From: the human T2T-CHM13v2.0 reference genome, Homo sapiens
Direction: 5' to 3' (one strand)
DNA: 64,000 bases
Assembly (NCBI RefSeq): GCF_009914755.1
Contig: NC_060947.1
Shown here: one piece after another, positions 53,043-64,000 of the stretch
How the letters are laid out: every line of letters starts with the position of its first letter
Position numbering within the stretch: position 1 is the stretch's first letter
The notes under the pieces: generated by a model
The model's input: only the letters and a program-made list of their open reading frames with translations
Told to the model about the DNA's origin: nothing
Database searches by the model: none
Position numbers and translations under genes: made by a program

Positions 53043-54695
53043 GTAAGTGTGTAGTTTAGTTTCAATTAGAAATGGTTAAATATAAAATTATTTTTGCCTG
53101 AAAGGGTAGACCTTGAAACTTTGGAAAACTGACTGGTGGAACACCTTCGAACCCAACCACCCTGGATGAATAAGGTGTTAGTTTTTAATTTCTGTGTATT
53201 TTTCAGATAGATGCAGATTTCTTTTTTTAAAAAAACATGCTCACGAATGTGTTACAAATTTTTTTTTCCACATTGCTTTTTGTAAATGCTTACTCTCATT
53301 GCAAATGCTTACTCTCACTTAACCCATTTAGACTGATTCTGTCACTGATAATCTTCTTTGTATTATTTGTTCTTGTGTACACTGGCAATTCCAAACTTTT
53401 TTTCACTCTTAAAACTACTCAACGGGTCCTTGAAATCTCTCATCTTCAGCAAAGATTACCCAGTCTTTCACTTCACTGAGAAGGGTAGATGGCCATCTGA
53501 TAAAGAGCCAAGTCTCCCCTCCCTTCCCCTTCATGCCTTTCCTGTCTTCACCTAGGCCTTCCTCCTTTTGCCGCAGGGGAGGTTGCAGGAGGGATTGCTG
53601 TCTCACAAGCCCCACTGCTGCTCTGAGCCTGCTCTTCACCCTGGCTGCCTCCTTAGGGACCAAGCTCTGTGCGTGATGCCGTCTCTTGCATCATTAACCT
53701 CTCTTTACAAATATTCCTAGGTTTGCTCATCTTACAAAAGCCTCACCTGTCTTCACTTTCTTTGCACCCCACTTATTCTTAAATCCAGTATTACCCAAAT
53801 TGGGAAACTTGCACAGCATGTTAACAGGTGTGTTATATAAAAGTGCTCTGTGTTTCAGAAACTCTCTGTGCCTTCTCTGTCTTCTATGGTGGGATTCCCC
53901 TTAATTTATCATTTAATGTATTATATTTGAACTGTGTGTTTATATTTTTTCCTTCTACACTGTGAATATAGAGACAAGTTCTGATTTATCTTTGTCTCCA
54001 AGCAGTACCTGGCATATGGACCATTATCTCTCAAAGCAATAATTTCGGTTACTGGGTACAGAGAATTCTACGTAGTTAATAGTTTTCAGCTGTTCAAAAA
54101 TCAGGTATCCAGTCAGTGTGTTTTTTGACTCAGGGACATACATATTAAGGCACACTTATTAGGGCACCAGGTCAAGGAGTAACCCCTCCCACCACCCCTT
54201 ATCTGATTGGAATATGGCCAGCCTATTCTTATTCCTGCCAAGTTATTTTTCCAGACAACATTTTATAAAACCCAGGTATCTTGTAATTGTATTTTACTCA
54301 AAGGAAGTATACTCTAAGGAAATTGTGTGGCCTTGAGGTACACAGCCATTAGGCATTTAAAAAATATATTTAAAAAGTTTTATGGAATATTTTTAAATTA
54401 CTGAAAATCAGAATCACCCAGATTTAAGAGATCTTAATATTTTGCTACATATTTGATTCATATCTTTTTGTTGTTTAAAGAAATAAAATCTCACAGATTC
54501 AAAGGGTCCCTCCCCATCCCCTTCCTGTCTTCTTTTCTCCAGAAGTAACCACCTGTCCCAATATGTATGTACCAAAACAATATCAGGTATTGCTTGTGTG
54601 TTTAACTTTACATAAACAGTATCATAACCATACCTTATATATTATTTTTACTTAACAGTGTGTTTTTGAGATTTATCCATGTAATGTGTTTAGTC

Positions 54696-55592
54696 CAGCA
54701 GTTTTCAAAGTGTGCTGCAGGGATTCCTGGGGATCCCTAAGATTCTTTCAGGGGGTCCATGAGGTCAAAACTATTTTCATAATACTTTTTATTTGCTCTT
54801 TTCACCCACATTTTCCTGTACACTATAGGAATACTGTACAGAGGCTGCATGACATATGATGTCATAATAGATAGAATGCAGAAACACTTACGGGAATCCA
54901 GCCGGTTTCTATTAAGCCAGACATGAAAGAGATTTGCAAAAATGTAAAACAGTGCCACTTGTTTTACTATTTTTTTTTGTTTAGAAAAATAGTTATTTTA
55001 AAATAAATACGCAGCCATAAAAAAGAACGAGGTCGTGTCTTTTGCGGAAACATGGATGGAGCTGGAGGCTATTATCCTTAGCAAACTAACGCAGGAACAG
55101 AAAACCAAATACCGAATATTCTCACATACAGGTGGGAGCTAACTGATGAACACAAAGAAGGAAACGAGACACTGGGGGTCTACTAGAGGGTGAAGGGAGG
55201 GAGGAGAGAGAGGATCAGAAGAGATAACTATTGGGTACTGGGCTTAAATACCTGGGTGATGAAATAATCTGTACAATAAACCCCCGTGACAGAAGTTTAC
55301 CCATGTGACAAACCTGCACATGTACTCCCGAACCTAAAATAAGAGTTTTAAAAAAATCTCAACAAAAGGGAAAAAAGGAATAAAGAAAAAAAGTATTTTT
55401 ATGGGTTAATAAGTGCTTTTAAATATCTCAGTTTTAATTTCTAGTATGATAAACATCTATAGATACGACCCACGTAAAAACTCTTTGTGGTTCTTAATTT
55501 TTGTTTTTTGTTTTGTTTTTTAAATTTTATTGTGATCCTTAATTTTTAAGAGTGCAAAGGAGTCCTGAGACCACGAAGTTTGAAAACTACTG
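54696..55592. mobile_element. hAT-Charlie-type DNA transposon remnant interrupted by an L1P 3' end (+, ~55008-55350)
   Basis: TIRs CAGCAGTTTTCAAA / TTTGAAAACTACTG; insert gcagccataaaaaagaacgagg...ccttagcaaactaacgcaggaacagaaaaccaaatacc is L1PA/PB 3'UTR. Confidence 0.75.
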
Positions 55593-55599
55593 ATTCCAT

Positions 55600-57560
<1,961 letters not shown>

Positions 57561-57565
57561 TCGCA

Positions 57566-58480
<915 letters not shown>

Positions 58481-58495
58481 GTAATAACAGTTCAT

Positions 58496-60819
<2,324 letters not shown>

Positions 60820-61271
60820 GAAATACACGTATTTATGGGGTAGAGTGATTATGTACATGTATACAATGTGTAATGGTCAAATCAGGGTAATTAGCATATC
60901 TGTCACACCAGCATTTATCATTTCTCTGTGTTGGGAACGTTCAGAATCCTTTCTTCTAGATATTTGAAAATACATAATGAATTATTTTTAACTATAATCA
61001 CCCTACAGTGCTATAGAACACTAGAACTTATTCCCCCTATTTAGCTATAATTTGTATCTGTTAACCAAACTGTCCCTATCTCTGGATACTATGATTTTTG
61101 ACATGAATTGGTTTTTATTATTTAGTTCTAAATATATTGTGATCTTCATAATTTTCCTGTTGCCCATTAAAATTATTTAGAACTTTGTATTTACAGGATT
61201 TTCTTTTTGTATTACTGTTATCTCTGTGATATTTATTTCTAATTTTATTGTATTATACTTGGGGAACATTG

Positions 61272-61830
61272 AGATGCAAAAATCAACTCTGTTTCTCTAT
61301 ACCAGCAGCAAACAATTTGAAAATCAAATTTGAAAACTAATATAATTTATAATAAGGTCAAAAAACATCTGATACCTTGAAATAAATCCAACAAAGCATA
61401 CCAAGACCTTCAGTAAAAACCTTACTAAGAGAAATGAAAGAAGACCTAAATTAATGGCAAGAGATAACCATGTTCATTGGATTGGAAGTGTCAGTATTGT
61501 AAAGATGTCAGTTCTCTCTAAATTGATACATACAGAAATTCAGTGCAATCGCAATAAATATCTCAATAGGGCTGTTGCTGCTGCCACTGCTGCTTTTTTT
61601 TCTTTTGGATAGGCTAGTTCTCAAATTTACATGGAAAGGCACAGGGCCAAGAATGGCAAAGGCAATCTTGAGAAAAAGTTGGAAGACTTAACACTAACAT
61701 ATATCAACACTTATTATAAAGCTACAGTGATTAAATTAGTGGGCGCAAAGCCAGATTGACCAGTGGCACAGGATAGAGTCCAAAAGTTGACCTACACATA
61801 CAAGGTCAGTTGATTTAAAGAAAGGTGTAT
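61272..61830 (+). mobile_element. L1M ORF2 fragment
   Basis: caaaaatcaactctgtttctctataccagc...ccatgttcattggattggaag...cacttattataaagctacagtgatta. Confidence 0.85.
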
Positions 61831-61894
61831 TGGGATTTTGATTGAATGTAGAGGTTAATTAAGGGAGAAGTGATACTACTAATCTAACATATTC

Positions 61895-62480
<586 letters not shown>

Positions 62481-63583
62481 TTAATTACTCTTATCAGTGG
62501 GATTTTTTCATTCTTAGGTGTTTACATGAGAAAGCTTTTGTCTTCAAGTATATTAATTTTGTACCAGCACACCTTATGAATTCATACCGATAATAGTTTT
62601 TCAGTCGATTCTCTTGTATTTCCTAGATATAGCATATGCAAATAAGTTTAATTTCCTTCAAGTAATAATTATATCTTCTATTTCATCATCTTACCTAATT
62701 ACACTGGCTGGCATTTGTCACACAATCCTATAATAATAGTATTAATGGCCATTCTTAATTTTGACTTTAGAGAGAATACTTCTAATGTTTTACCTTAGGT
62801 TTAATAGATGTCTTTTTGTTATAAAGTGATAACTGACATCATTCTCATATCCCAAAACACATGTTCTGACATGAACTGGTTTAAGATTGCATATACTTGA
62901 GTATTTTTTAAACAGCTTTATTGAGATAAAGCTATTATTAAATCTACCCTTTAAAATGTACATTTCAGTGGTTTTTTAGTAGATTCAGAGTTCTGTAACT
63001 ATTATCACTAATTAGAACATTTTCGTCACCCCAAAAAGAAACCCTACACCTACTGGTAATCACTCTCCTCTCCCCGCTTCCTTCATCCCCTAGCAACCAC
63101 TAATCTACCTTCTGTCTGTGTGGATTTGCTTGTTCCTGACGTTTCATATAAATGGAATCCTATAACGTGGTCTTTCGTGTCTGGCTCCTTTCACTTAGCA
63201 TATTGTTTTCAAGGTCATCCATGTTTTAGCGTGTATCCTATTTATTTAATTTGTTAACTGTTAAAATATCTATCCCAATTTGACTCAAAAGTTTGCTTTA
63301 AATCAAAAGTAGGCGTTCAGTTTCAACTTTTCAGCATCTGTTGAGAATATCAGGCGTTTTTTTTTTTGACCTATTAATTTGGGCCATTATTTGGCTCCAT
63401 CCTTGAATTCTAGAGTACCCATACTGTGCCAAGGTCTGTGGTGTGTGTGTGTGTGTGTGTGTACATGTACATGGATGTGCTTTTTTTTTTTTTTTTTTTA
63501 CATGACGGATCATATTTGCGGATACTTGACTTGGGATTCATAATTAACCAAGTTTGTAATTTGGTTAAATTATTTTTGTTAGG

Positions 63584-64000
<417 letters not shown>

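Overview
Primate (very probably human) genomic DNA, extremely Alu-dense (roughly 80-90 Alu copies or fragments by eye) over older L1M, MaLR/ERVL/ERV1 LTR, MIR and DNA-transposon remnants. No intact protein-coding exon is present; almost all ORFs in the track are Alu, L1 or GC-rich artefacts. The only active gene signal is a CpG-island promoter at ~49.3-50.9 kb followed by three + strand non-coding 5'UTR exons, which I recognise from memory as the 5' end of ZFX (Xp22.11); the coding exons lie beyond the window. I found no new biological system. The best observations are: (1) a TSD-flanked retrocopy at 33376-33968 that starts at the 5' end of SNORA68, keeps the downstream RPL18A intron, then has spliced RPL18A 3' exons and an A-rich tail, i.e. 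a fossil of a snoRNA-led polyadenylated transcript; (2) three local template-switch scars at Alus (a 125-bp inverted insertion, a ~350-bp duplication inside an Alu's TSDs, and a fold-back replacing an Alu tail); (3) a U6 retropseudogene with an internal duplication; (4) ZFX promoter/5'UTR architecture: an inverted pair of YY1 sites, GGCCTAG motifs ~240 bp downstream of the TSS, an Alu-derived exon, a 12-aa uORF and a second candidate Alu exon. Gene and repeat-family names rest on recalled sequence, not on database searches, and repeat boundaries are approximate.
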